A stretch of DNA of 35,723 nt from Candidatus Woesearchaeota archaeon (lineage in GTDB: Archaea > Nanobdellota > Nanobdellia > Woesearchaeales > GW2011-AR4): assembly GCA_018303645.1 (NCBI GenBank), contig JAGVXR010000056.1:1-35723 (forward strand). The letters run 5' to 3'. Each line of letters starts with the position of its first letter. Position 1 is the stretch's first letter. The position numbers and the translations under genes were made by a program. Shown here piece after piece: positions 9,217 to 18,334 of the stretch. The notes below the pieces were generated by a model. The model saw only the letters and a program-made list of their open reading frames with translations, ran no database searches and was not told the origin of the DNA.

Positions 9217-10098
9217 CTATTTTCTGTACATATCAGCCAAAAATCCGAAAATTATTATCTGCAAGCCAATGCTTAAAATTAAGATATCAAGCATTATCAG
9301 GGCGGAATGCCCGACTATTCCTGAAGTAAAATGCAAAAATGCCAAGTACAGCCCTATCAGAAACCCTATAATGAAGATAAAGCCGCCCGCAATGCCAAAA
9401 AACTTCAATGGCTCAAAATCACGATAAATTCTTAGGATGTTTATCCACGCTTTTGCTGCAAATTCGAATGGATTCCTTACAAGCTTGCTTTTTCCATCCC
9501 TTTTTGCAAAATAAATTGGAACTTCCTTAACCTTAAACTTCTGCTTTACAGCCCTTATAATCTGCTCTTGCGTATAGGTATGGTTTGAGATAATGGGAAC
9601 TTCTTGGGCTATCTTTTTTGTAAATGCCCTGAAACCTGTTTGCGCATCAGTTACATTAATCCTTGTTATTCTGGATACTACTTTGGAAAACGCAATATTG
9701 CCCATTCTCTTTACCAATGGCATATGCTCTATTTTGCCTTTAAACCTGCTGCCTAAAACAAGGTCATTGCCATTTTCAACCTCTTTTATCAGTTTAGGGA
9801 TATCTTTAGGCAGATATTGACCATCAGCATCTATATGGACTATAACATCAGCCTTTAATTCCAGGCATTTTTTAATCTCGGTTTTGAAAGTTTCGGCTAA
9901 GCCATAATTTTTAGGGTGCAGGCAAACAATAGCCCCGGATTTTTTTGCAATTTCTGCAGTTTTATCTTTGCTCCCGTCATCCACAACCAGAATTTTATAG
10001 TCATATTTGCCGCCGCCCATAACTGCTTTTATCCCCTTTATCAGCTTTCCAATGCTTTCTGCTTCATTGTATGTTGGTATTGTGACAATAATTTTCAT
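9217..10098 (-). CDS. GT2 polyprenyl/dolichyl-phosphate sugar synthase-like glycosyltransferase with C-terminal TM helices
   Basis: 293 aa. VTIPTYNEAESI, VVDDGSKD.T, DADGQY, then two C-terminal hydrophobic helices (FFGIAGGFIFIIGFLIGLYLAF; ALIMLDILILSIGLQIIIFGFL). This is the DPM1/AglD-type architecture. Confidence 0.7.
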   Translation of the reverse strand: MKIIVTIPTYNEAESIGKLIKGIKAVMGGGKYDYKILVVDDGSKDKTAEIAKKSGAIVCLHPKNYGLAETFKTEIKKCLELKADVIVHIDADGQYLPKDIPKLIKEVENGNDLVLGSRFKGKIEHMPLVKRMGNIAFSKVVSRITRINVTDAQTGFRAFTKKIAQEVPIISNHTYTQEQIIRAVKQKFKVKEVPIYFAKRDGKSKLVRNPFEFAAKAWINILRIYRDFEPLKFFGIAGGFIFIIGFLIGLYLAFLHFTSGIVGHSALIMLDILILSIGLQIIIFGFLADMYRK

Positions 10099-10183
10099 AA
10101 TGCCTGAAAATAATAAACTATTTAAATACCTTTCTGTGTCAGGGAGCGTGTTTTAATCCTTTTTTTACTAAAGTTGCTGTAAG

Positions 10184-10894
10184 ATGCCAATAAAAGATTA
10201 TGTGGAATTTTATAAGCTTAGCAAGCTTAGAAATAAATCTGAAAGAGATTATTTTAACTTTGAGAAATTCCAGGCAGATATGGTTATAAAATCGCTGAAA
10301 AGAAAAAATATCCAATTAAAAGATTCAAAAATCCTTGATATAGGTGCCGGAAGAGGAGGCTACTCTTACGCACTGGAGAAAAATGGAGCGTATGCGGTTT
10401 CTTTGGATATGGATTGCAAAAAACTTTTTGTGAATAATAAAAGATTTGTCAATGCAGACGCGCAAAATCTCCCATTTAAGCCCGATTGTTTTGATATGGT
10501 CTTTTGTTCCAGCATCATTGAGCACCTAAAAGAGCCTAAAAATCTGTTATTGGAAATAAAAAGGGTATTAAAGAAAGATGGCATATGCTACCTAAGCTTC
10601 CCTCCTTTCTGGAGCCCTGTCGGAGCCCACCAGTTTAAGCCATTTCATTATCTGGGGGAGAAAATGGCAATAAGGTTGGCAAGAAAATTGTATAAAGTAA
10701 GAAGCTATTCTTCCTATAACGATGAGTATGGGGGGCTTTACATAATGACAATAAGCAATGCGAAAAGGCTTATCAGGGAAAGCGGCTTGAAGATAATAAG
10801 CATTTCAACAAGGCATTTCCCTGTAAATTTTGCAAAAATGCCATTCTTAAGCGAATTTTTAACATGGCACGTGGAATTCTTATTACAAAAGTAA
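10184..10894 (+). CDS. Class I SAM-dependent methyltransferase
   Basis: 236 aa. ILDIGAGRGGYSYAL motif I, DAQNLPF, FDMVFCSSIIEHL. Confidence 0.7.
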   Translation: MPIKDYVEFYKLSKLRNKSERDYFNFEKFQADMVIKSLKRKNIQLKDSKILDIGAGRGGYSYALEKNGAYAVSLDMDCKKLFVNNKRFVNADAQNLPFKPDCFDMVFCSSIIEHLKEPKNLLLEIKRVLKKDGICYLSFPPFWSPVGAHQFKPFHYLGEKMAIRLARKLYKVRSYSSYNDEYGGLYIMTISNAKRLIRESGLKIISISTRHFPVNFAKMPFLSEFLTWHVEFLLQK

Positions 10895-10934
10895 GATTTT
10901 TATATACACCTTATTTCTTTACATTGTGGTTACA

Positions 10935-12770
10935 ATGCCTATATTAAGCATAATTTTATTTTTTTTATACACTTGGGGATTTGGCACTGGATTGGGCTTA
11001 TTAGTCAGGGAATCGGAAGATTTTCTTGAACGAAACCTAATGAGAATAGGAACCGGCTTAGGGGCAATGCTTGCATTTGGCCTTCTGCTTAACCTTCTTA
11101 GGATTCCATTGGACTGGAGAATATTCTTATCAATAAGCCTTTTGCTGGTTTTTACCAAAATTTACAGGGATTTTAAGAAAGAAAGAATCATTTTTGATGT
11201 TAAAAAAATTTCAATAAGCATCTTCCCATTGCTCATGCTTGTCTTGTTTTTTGTTTCTCTTTATATGTACGAAAAAGGGGCATTCGCATACCCTTACCTC
11301 GAGGATGACGACTCCTGGAGCCATGCCATGGGAGTAAAGTATGTGTCCGTTGAGAAAACTGTTTTTGCCGGAGCTGGAAATGGTTTTTACATGGATCCCT
11401 ACCCACCAGCATATGACATGCTTATGGGAATTTTGCACCAGACAAACAACTCAGTTTACTGGACTCTCAAGTTTTTCAATGCACTGATTGTGTCATTAAG
11501 TATAGTATTCTTCTATTTTTTTGCAAAAACATTTACAAATAGTTCAAAAAAGGCATTATTTGCGACGTTTGCCCTGTTTGCAGTCCCTGCCTACTTGAGC
11601 CATTTTATATGGTCGATAGCCTTGACGATGCCTTTGTTCTTTGCATCGTTTTATGCAGCTGAAAAAATTAAAGATGACAAAAGATGGTTTATAGCGGCAG
11701 CAATAGTTATTGCCGCAACTTTAACTTCATCTCCTACGCACAGTGCTTATTTTGGCCTGTTTTTCGTAATATACCTTATTGGAAAGGCTTTAGTCCAAAA
11801 GAAGTTTTTGGTGTACGAATCTCTTGCAGGATTTTCAGGCTTATCATTGTCTTTCTTGTTATGGTGGCTGCCGATGATTATGACTCACAGCCTGAAAGGC
11901 ACGATAAACAGCTTTTTAGGCACACAAAGCGTAATAAATATAGCAGGCACAGGAGACAGAATATACAATTTATCTGATTTTCTCTTTGCCAAAAAAGTCA
12001 ACATGATTAATAATCCAATAGGAATAGGCATTGTTCTTTCTATTTTAACTGTCATCGGGCTTATTTTTATTATTATAAAATACAGGGATATGCTAAAGGA
12101 AGGCAATTACTGCAAGCTTGTCATGGTGCTGTGGTTTATCTTTGCTTTTTATGCAGTTAATGCCGCGAGATTTCCAATCAAATTGTCTCCGTTTAGGGCA
12201 TGGATGCTGCTTGCAATTCCAGTTTCTTTATTATCCGGAGAAGCTGTAAACCTGATTGATAATTTTTCCAAGGCGGCTGCCAGCAGTATTGCAAAGTCAA
12301 AAGTAGCAATAAAGGCAGCGTCATTTCTCATGCTTGGGCTAATAGCTTACAGCATTGCCATGACATCATTTGTCCAGAAATATACGGTAAATACAGCCAT
12401 GTGGCCTCCAGGAGCATTCTGGGCATCAAACGAGGAGATACAGGGATATATGTGGTTTAAGGACAATATACCTTCCGGAACAATGGTGTTTACATTTTCA
12501 AACAACGCTTTGATACTTGGACTGGATAAGTTTATATGCCATTGGTGCGATGACGTGAGAGACTATCAACGTACTGGATTTAACGAGAGCGCAGGCGCTA
12601 TAAATTCCTGGATGAGGGGCAATGGCTATAACTACCTTGTTGTAGATGGCCAGACTGCAAGAATCCATGGCAGCAATGAGACAAACAACAAAGTTAATGA
12701 ATTATTGGGTTCAGGCCTGCTCAGGCCTGTGCACTCTACCGGAGGATTCATATTATTGCAGATAGTATAA
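10935..12770 (+). CDS. Polytopic GT-C-type membrane glycosyltransferase (ArnT/PMT/AglS-like); not an AglB oligosaccharyltransferase
   Basis: About 611 aa from the ATG. The ORF track starts 9 nt earlier at a GTG. A TATA-like gatttttatatacacc lies about 25-35 nt upstream of the ATG. There are more than 10 predicted TM helices, an acidic first-loop motif YLEDDDSWSH, and a soluble C-terminal domain. No WWDYG motif. Confidence 0.5.
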   Translation: MPILSIILFFLYTWGFGTGLGLLVRESEDFLERNLMRIGTGLGAMLAFGLLLNLLRIPLDWRIFLSISLLLVFTKIYRDFKKERIIFDVKKISISIFPLLMLVLFFVSLYMYEKGAFAYPYLEDDDSWSHAMGVKYVSVEKTVFAGAGNGFYMDPYPPAYDMLMGILHQTNNSVYWTLKFFNALIVSLSIVFFYFFAKTFTNSSKKALFATFALFAVPAYLSHFIWSIALTMPLFFASFYAAEKIKDDKRWFIAAAIVIAATLTSSPTHSAYFGLFFVIYLIGKALVQKKFLVYESLAGFSGLSLSFLLWWLPMIMTHSLKGTINSFLGTQSVINIAGTGDRIYNLSDFLFAKKVNMINNPIGIGIVLSILTVIGLIFIIIKYRDMLKEGNYCKLVMVLWFIFAFYAVNAARFPIKLSPFRAWMLLAIPVSLLSGEAVNLIDNFSKAAASSIAKSKVAIKAASFLMLGLIAYSIAMTSFVQKYTVNTAMWPPGAFWASNEEIQGYMWFKDNIPSGTMVFTFSNNALILGLDKFICHWCDDVRDYQRTGFNESAGAINSWMRGNGYNYLVVDGQTARIHGSNETNNKVNELLGSGLLRPVHSTGGFILLQIV

Positions 12771-12793
12771 GCATACGAGTTAAAAGTGATACA

Positions 12794-14227
12794 ATGAGTC
12801 ATGTAAAAAAAATTATAAAAAATATATCCTATGTTACTATAGGAGAGATTCTTACTTATATTGCCACTTTTTTTATCATAGTCTTAATTTCAAGAAAGTT
12901 AGGTGATGTCGGATTAGGAAAGTACGCTTTTGTATTCTCTTTTGTGAATTTATTTGCGATTTTCAGCGATTTGGGTATGTCTACTTATGTTACAAGGGAA
13001 GTTGCAAAAAATCTCGAGAAAAAATTTTATTTTGTTCAGAGGTATATCAAAATTAAGCTGATTCTCGCCTTCACAAGCCTTATTTTACCCATACTTGTTA
13101 TTCCTTTTATCGATAGTTCTTTAGAGATTTTGCTTTCAGTTGCTATAGTATCTGTAGCAATATTCTTTTACAATTTCATGGCAGTGTATAGATCTATTAT
13201 TCGTGCCCATGAAAAAATGATTTACATCTCTTTAAGCGATCTTATAGGAAGTTTATTTTTTCTTCTTGGAGCGTTTATCATTCTTACCTACACAAAAAGC
13301 CTTGTACTTCTTTTAATCATGGCGGCTATTGGATATTTCCTGTCTTTCATTGCTATGTCCCTCTTATTTAGAAGAATTGTTAAAAAAATTGGCACATGGA
13401 AGTTAAACTTCAAAGAATTAAAGGAAATTCTTAGCCACTCCATTCCATTCTGGTTTACACTCCTATTCCTTGAAATTTACTTTAGAATAGACACTGTAAT
13501 GCTTTCTATAATGCAGAACTACCAGGCAACAGGATGGTATAATGCAGCTTACAGAATAATAGAAGTGCTCACAAGATTTGCTTATATTTTTGTTGTTACA
13601 CTTTTTCCTGCAATGTCAAGGTTTTTCGGGGAAAATAAAAAAGAAGCTCTCCAGTCGCTTTTTAATAATGCACTATATTACTTATTCATCCTAGCACTAC
13701 CTCTTGCAGTTGGAGGTACAATTATAGCAAAGCAACTTATCTTTTTTGTTTATGGTGCCGCCTTTTCAAATTCAGTATTTGCTCTTCAGATATTAATATG
13801 GGTGCTCCTTTTTACTTACTTAATCTTTTTTTCTGGGAATTTCCTAAACGCCATAAACAAGCAGAAGCTTTATACAATTTCTGTAGGTTTAGGCACTTTA
13901 TCAAATATAATTCTAAACATACTCCTTATCCCAAAGTATAGCTATATAGGCGCAAGTATCGCAACATTAGCAACAAATGCATTAAATTTTACAATGCTTT
14001 ATTATTTCATAACAAAAAATAATTATAAAATTACTCTACTAAAGAATCTTGCAAGACCAATTATCGCAGTAGTCATAATGGCTGCTGTTGTAATATTTAT
14101 GGCGGAGATTAAATTGCATCTTCTGATAATAATCCCTTTTGCAGCAATGGCATATTTTGCAACTCTTATACTGATTAAAGGCCTTGATATAAAGGGGATA
14201 TTAAGAATGGCTTTCAAATCAAAGTAA
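12794..14227 (+). CDS. Wzx/MOP-superfamily polysaccharide (lipid-linked oligosaccharide) flippase
   Basis: 477 aa, about 12-14 TM helices. The N-terminal I.NISYVTIGEIL..I..F pattern and overall organisation are typical of the Polysacc_synt / Wzx family. Confidence 0.75.
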   Translation: MSHVKKIIKNISYVTIGEILTYIATFFIIVLISRKLGDVGLGKYAFVFSFVNLFAIFSDLGMSTYVTREVAKNLEKKFYFVQRYIKIKLILAFTSLILPILVIPFIDSSLEILLSVAIVSVAIFFYNFMAVYRSIIRAHEKMIYISLSDLIGSLFFLLGAFIILTYTKSLVLLLIMAAIGYFLSFIAMSLLFRRIVKKIGTWKLNFKELKEILSHSIPFWFTLLFLEIYFRIDTVMLSIMQNYQATGWYNAAYRIIEVLTRFAYIFVVTLFPAMSRFFGENKKEALQSLFNNALYYLFILALPLAVGGTIIAKQLIFFVYGAAFSNSVFALQILIWVLLFTYLIFFSGNFLNAINKQKLYTISVGLGTLSNIILNILLIPKYSYIGASIATLATNALNFTMLYYFITKNNYKITLLKNLARPIIAVVIMAAVVIFMAEIKLHLLIIIPFAAMAYFATLILIKGLDIKGILRMAFKSK

Positions 14228-14248
14228 AAATTCTTATTTAAGAATTTT
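14227..14248. terminator. Perfect 10-bp inverted repeat (aaaattctta tt taagaatttt) between convergent genes; candidate bidirectional terminator hairpin
   Basis: Arms at 14227-14236 and 14239-14248 are exact reverse complements. The element fills the 23-nt gap between the stop of the flippase gene (14225-14227) and the stop of the minus-strand AP-family gene (14251-14253), and it ends in T runs on both strands. Confidence 0.5.
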
Positions 14249-14250
14249 CA

Positions 14251-15804
14251 TCAAATTTTTAATCTCGAGACTGCCTCTGAAATAGATGCTTTTTCCTTCT
14301 CAGTCTCGTTATTCTTTGATATCTTTCTTTTTCCTGTTGCCGATTTATAGGGAGGAGGATTTTTTATGAAAATATTTTTTAATATCTTTCCGTCAAAATC
14401 AGTATCAGCTTTCAATCCATAAGTGTAAACTACTGTTGGTGCAATGTCAATCAATTCAGCATTATCAATCTCAAAATGCTCCTTTATGTTCTTTCCATAA
14501 GCCAGGAAAATACCATACTGCTTATGATCCCCTACTTCTTTAGGGTAATCTGCAATAGCTTTAGGACCAAAACCTGGGTTTATATTATAACCGTCAGAAG
14601 GGCTAATTATTAATTCAGGAGCCTTGATATTCCCTTTTCCCTTATATATTTCATCACGGTAATAAACAGCTTCTATGATATTTTTTCCTGTTTCCGGGTC
14701 TTTTAATGATAAAAGCTTTTTTTTTATCAGCCTCATTATCTGTTTTTTCTTATTAGTATTTTTTTCAATAACTTTGATGCCTCTTCCGCCTTCATAAAGG
14801 GTGAAATACGCTTTTGTATTTTCCTTGTCTATTATTTTTGTTGTGGATGGAATAATCTTTGCCAGCTCTTTTACAGGAAGAACCTTTACCATTTGCGTAA
14901 AGATGGGATAACCTGCCAGCTTGCTGACTGTTTCATGGGTTATGTTGAATTTTTTCAGGATTCTCAAAAAAAATCCCTGCCTTTTTGCTTTTTCATCTTT
15001 TACCCTTTTTAACAGGCCCATCTCCTTAAGAATCTGGTTTATCCTTATGTATTTTTTCATGCCGCCAAATCCATGATCAGACATAACAAAAACACAATCA
15101 AAATTTTCAATCCACTTTGAAAGATTTACATCAACTTCCTTATAAATAAAAAGAATTCCACTGTTATTATTTTTGCCCCATAATCTATGGCCTACCGTAT
15201 CCGGATCACCATAAACTGCAACAAACAAGTCATAGTCATAATTTTCCATCAGATAATCAAAGCCTCTTGATCTGATTTTAACATTCTCAACAAGCTTCTT
15301 CCAGTATTTTGGCTTGTGCATGTTGTTGATTATCTCTGATGGAGGATCCGGAAGAAAATCCCCGACATTTTTCCTGACTTCATTAAATACTTGAGGGGGG
15401 TTAAAGGGATTAACTCCTTGCGGAGTTAAAAATCCGGACATAAGAATCCCATTGATTTTTTTCGGAGGATAGCAGGCAGGCATGTTCAAGATAATTGATT
15501 TTAGGCCATAGCTCTCTAAATATTCCCAAAACCCTTTTTCTTTAATGTTATAAGACGTTGAAAGTTCATCTTTTGAGAGAAAGAAGCCTGTTATTCCGTG
15601 CTTTCCAGGATTTTTTCCTGTCATAAATGTAGGCCATGCTGGTAGAGTTACAGGAGGTATCGTTGATTTTAATCTTCCAAAAACACCATTTTCAATAATC
15701 TTCTTGAAAGTAGGCAATTTTCCTTCATTTACCCACTTTTCCATAAGCTCTGGGTCTCCGCCATCAAGCCCAATTATAAGAAGTCTTGCTTTTCTCTTTG
15801 ACAT
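14251..15804 (-). CDS. Alkaline-phosphatase superfamily protein (type I phosphodiesterase / nucleotide pyrophosphatase-like), cytosolic
   Basis: 517 aa with no signal peptide. The full set of AP-superfamily metal and nucleophile motifs is present: IIGLDGGD, PPVTLPAWPTFMTGKNPGKHG (Thr nucleophile context), GDPDTVGH, MSDHGF, VGDHKQYG. Confidence 0.75.
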   Translation of the reverse strand: MSKRKARLLIIGLDGGDPELMEKWVNEGKLPTFKKIIENGVFGRLKSTIPPVTLPAWPTFMTGKNPGKHGITGFFLSKDELSTSYNIKEKGFWEYLESYGLKSIILNMPACYPPKKINGILMSGFLTPQGVNPFNPPQVFNEVRKNVGDFLPDPPSEIINNMHKPKYWKKLVENVKIRSRGFDYLMENYDYDLFVAVYGDPDTVGHRLWGKNNNSGILFIYKEVDVNLSKWIENFDCVFVMSDHGFGGMKKYIRINQILKEMGLLKRVKDEKAKRQGFFLRILKKFNITHETVSKLAGYPIFTQMVKVLPVKELAKIIPSTTKIIDKENTKAYFTLYEGGRGIKVIEKNTNKKKQIMRLIKKKLLSLKDPETGKNIIEAVYYRDEIYKGKGNIKAPELIISPSDGYNINPGFGPKAIADYPKEVGDHKQYGIFLAYGKNIKEHFEIDNAELIDIAPTVVYTYGLKADTDFDGKILKNIFIKNPPPYKSATGKRKISKNNETEKEKASISEAVSRLKI

Positions 15805-15876
15805 ATATATCTGGGATTTTAATGTAATTTTTATAATTTTTCATTTTGAAATTTTTTCTTGATTATACTCATAAAA

Positions 15877-15900
15877 TAGAAAACTTTATAAATATAAATA
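15877..15900 (+). promoter_or_regulatory. Candidate BRE/TATA promoter of the RHH-cysDN operon
   Basis: tagaaaactttataaatataaata: an A-rich BRE-like stretch followed by TTTATAAA. The same 16-mer, TAGAAAACTTTATAAA, recurs at 20623-20638. Confidence 0.45.
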
Positions 15901-15939
15901 TATTCCAATTATATTTAATTGAGATATATTTATATTTAT
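15888..15939. promoter_or_regulatory. Perfect 16-bp inverted repeat (ataaatataaatatat / atatatttatatttat) with a 20-bp spacer; candidate operator
   Basis: The left arm 15888-15903 overlaps the TATA box. The right arm 15924-15939 ends 1 nt before a GGTGA Shine-Dalgarno (15941-15945), which sits 5 nt upstream of the RHH ATG at 15951. Confidence 0.5.
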
Positions 15940-15950
15940 GGGTGAAAAAA

Positions 15951-16175
15951 ATGAAAGATGCCAATATAACAACGGTTTCTATACCAAAACCACTAGCGGA
16001 AAAAATAAAGAACAGGATAAAAGGCACAGGCTTTAATTCTGTATCAAGCTATGTGACTTACATCTTAAGGGAAGTAATGTCAAGCCTAGAGCAGAAAGAC
16101 AAAAGGGTTGTGTTTACGAAGGAAGAAGAGGAAACAGTAAAGGAAAGGCTCCGAGGCTTAGGGTATCTTGATTAA
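15951..16175 (+). CDS. Ribbon-helix-helix (CopG/Arc/MetJ-type) DNA-binding protein
   Basis: I start at the internal ATG preceded by GGTGA. The ORF-track N-terminal 35 aa is AT-rich promoter sequence. Sequence is MKDANITTVSIPKPLAEKIKNRIKGTGFNSVSSYVTYILREVM, i.e. a beta strand plus two helices typical of RHH, followed by an acidic tail ending RLRGLGYLD. Confidence 0.7.
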   Translation: MKDANITTVSIPKPLAEKIKNRIKGTGFNSVSSYVTYILREVMSSLEQKDKRVVFTKEEEETVKERLRGLGYLD

Positions 16176-16198
16176 TAAACTTTTCTGGAGCGGATAAT

Positions 16199-17020
16199 AT
16201 GAAAAACGAGCTTGAAATGGATCACCTAGACTATTTGGAAAGCAGGAGCATTTACATCATCAGGGAAGCATATGCAAAATTCAAAAAAATCGGCATGCTA
16301 TGGTCAATTGGAAAAGACTCAACAACTTTAGTTTGGCTTGCCAGAAAAGCCTTTTACGGCAAAATTCCTTTTTCTCTTGTTCACATTGACACGGGCCATA
16401 AGTTTCCTGAGATGTATGCTTTCAGGGATGAATGGGTCAAGAAATGGGGCTTAAATTTTGTTGTAGGCAGGAATGAAGAGGCAATCAAAAGAGGCGTAAT
16501 ATGCAAGCCTGGAGACACTGAAGCATGCTCAGTGGAGCTTAAGACAAAAGGATTGCAAATGACAATCCAAGAACACGGCTTTAAGGCATTGATATTGGGC
16601 ATAAGAAGGGATGAGCATGGCATTAGGGCAAAGGAAAGGTATTTCTCTCCACGGGATGAGCAGTTTAGATGGAACTACAAGGACCAGCCTCCTGAATTGT
16701 GGGACCAATTCAAATCAAAACAGAAAGAGGAAACTCATATAAGGGTTCACCCGCTGCTTGACTGGACAGAGCTTGATGTGTGGATGTATATCCGAAGGGA
16801 AGGCATACCAATAAACAGCCTTTATTTCGCAAAAAATGGCTATAGGTACAGGAGCTTGGGATGCAAGACATCAACAAGCCCGATAAAATCAGATGCGGAT
16901 ACTGTAGATAAAATAATCGAAGAGCTGAAAGTGACAAAGCTTGCTGAAAGGTCCGGCAGGGCACTTGACAAAGAGCAGACATATATGATGCAGAAGTTAA
17001 GGGCGCTTGGCTATATGTGA
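16199..17020 (+). CDS. cysD: Sulfate adenylyltransferase subunit 2
   Basis: 273 aa and collinear with E. coli CysD as I recall it: [14 protein letters not shown]-loop [38 protein letters not shown]...RAKER, PELW, and a C-terminal ...KLRALGYM (E. coli ends ...KKRQGYF). Confidence 0.9.
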   Translation: MKNELEMDHLDYLESRSIYIIREAYAKFKKIGMLWSIGKDSTTLVWLARKAFYGKIPFSLVHIDTGHKFPEMYAFRDEWVKKWGLNFVVGRNEEAIKRGVICKPGDTEACSVELKTKGLQMTIQEHGFKALILGIRRDEHGIRAKERYFSPRDEQFRWNYKDQPPELWDQFKSKQKEETHIRVHPLLDWTELDVWMYIRREGIPINSLYFAKNGYRYRSLGCKTSTSPIKSDADTVDKIIEELKVTKLAERSGRALDKEQTYMMQKLRALGYM

Positions 17021-17024
17021 TAAA

Positions 17025-18308
17025 ATGGCAAACAGCAAAACACCGGACAAAGATGGAAAAAACAAAATTGATGAATTTATGAGTTTCGTGATTGTAGGCC
17101 ATGTTGATCACGGAAAATCAACACTTATAGGGAGATTATTGTACGATACAGATAGCCTGCCTACTGGAAAAATTGAGGAAATCAAAAAAGTCTGCGAGGA
17201 GCTTGGAAGGGAACTTGAGTTTTCCTATGTAATGGACCATCTTGAGGAGGAGAGGCAGCATAATATAACAATTGATACAGCCCAGATTTTTTTCAAGACA
17301 AAGAAAAGGAGATATGTAATAATAGATGCTCCTGGTCATAGGGAATTCCTGAAGAATATGATTACCGGGGCAAGCAGGGCAGAAGCCGCAGTTCTTATTA
17401 TAGATGCAAAAGAAGGGGTTATGGAGCAGACAAAAAGGCATGCTTACATTTTGCATCTCCTTGGGGTAAAGCAGGTTATTGTTGTTATAAATAAGATGGA
17501 TTTGGTTGGATATAACCAGGGAAGATTTGATGAAATAAGCAGCAACATTGAAAATTTTCTAAATTTAATAAATATAATCCCAGGTTGCATTATCCCCATT
17601 TCAGCATATTATGGAGACAATATTACAAATAAATCAGAGAATATGGGATGGTACAATGGCCCCACTATCCTTGAAAGTCTTGATACTTTTAAGGTGTCTG
17701 CTGCTTCGCTTGACAAGCCATTAAGGTACGCTGTCCAGGATGTTTACGTTGTGAATGGAAAAAGGATTATAGCAGGAAGAGTCGAAGCCGGAAAAATAGG
17801 CAAGTATGAGGAGATAATTTTTATGCCGTCAAAGAAAAAGGCAAAAGTTGCTTCAATTGAAGTTTTCAATGAGGTCAGGACAAAAGCAGGTGCCGGAATG
17901 TGCATTGGTGTAACAATTGATGATCACCACTTTATTGAAAGGGGGGAAATTGCATGCAGTACGAATGAAAAAAATCTGAAAGAAACCGGAAAATTAAAGG
18001 CAAATGTTTTCTGGCTTGGAAAAGAGCCATTAAGTCTTAATGAAAGAATTACCTTCAAATGCGCAACAAAGGAAAGTGAATGCGTGATTGAAAAGATCCA
18101 AAGGAAATTTGATTCTTCGACATTGCAGGAAATCAGGGAAAAACAGGATCAAATTGGGGAAAGGGAGGTTGGAGAGCTTATTATAAGAATGGACAACCCA
18201 GTTTTTGTGGATAATTTTAACGATGTAGCTGAACTGGGAAGGTTTGTTCTTGAAAAAAACAACGATGCTATTGCAGGCGGCATTATACTCGAGCATAATT
18301 TTGATTAG
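17025..18308 (+). CDS. cysN: Sulfate adenylyltransferase subunit 1 (GTPase), without a fused APS kinase domain
   Basis: ATG 4 nt after the cysD stop. The ORF-track start is a TTG inside cysD. G1 [10 protein letters not shown]3 DAPGHREF, G4 NKMD, then EF-Tu-like domains II/III. At 427 aa there is no room for a CysC domain. Confidence 0.88.
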   Translation: MANSKTPDKDGKNKIDEFMSFVIVGHVDHGKSTLIGRLLYDTDSLPTGKIEEIKKVCEELGRELEFSYVMDHLEEERQHNITIDTAQIFFKTKKRRYVIIDAPGHREFLKNMITGASRAEAAVLIIDAKEGVMEQTKRHAYILHLLGVKQVIVVINKMDLVGYNQGRFDEISSNIENFLNLINIIPGCIIPISAYYGDNITNKSENMGWYNGPTILESLDTFKVSAASLDKPLRYAVQDVYVVNGKRIIAGRVEAGKIGKYEEIIFMPSKKKAKVASIEVFNEVRTKAGAGMCIGVTIDDHHFIERGEIACSTNEKNLKETGKLKANVFWLGKEPLSLNERITFKCATKESECVIEKIQRKFDSSTLQEIREKQDQIGEREVGELIIRMDNPVFVDNFNDVAELGRFVLEKNNDAIAGGIILEHNFD

Positions 18309-18334
18309 AAACTAAGAATTTGTGGGTGTATACA

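Noticed and set aside
10935-12770. The large multi-TM protein as the oligosaccharyltransferase AglB.
   Set aside because: No WWDYG motif or DK/MI-type motif could be found in the translation. Its size and acidic first loop fit a generic GT-C (ArnT/PMT/AglS-like) enzyme better.
15846-15950. The N-terminal 35-aa extension of the RHH ORF as given in the ORF track (MKFFLDYTHKIENFININIFQLYLIEIYLYLWVKK).
   Set aside because: This stretch coincides with the TATA box and the 16-bp inverted repeat. It reads as translated promoter DNA, and a GGTGA ribosome-binding site precedes the internal ATG at 15951.
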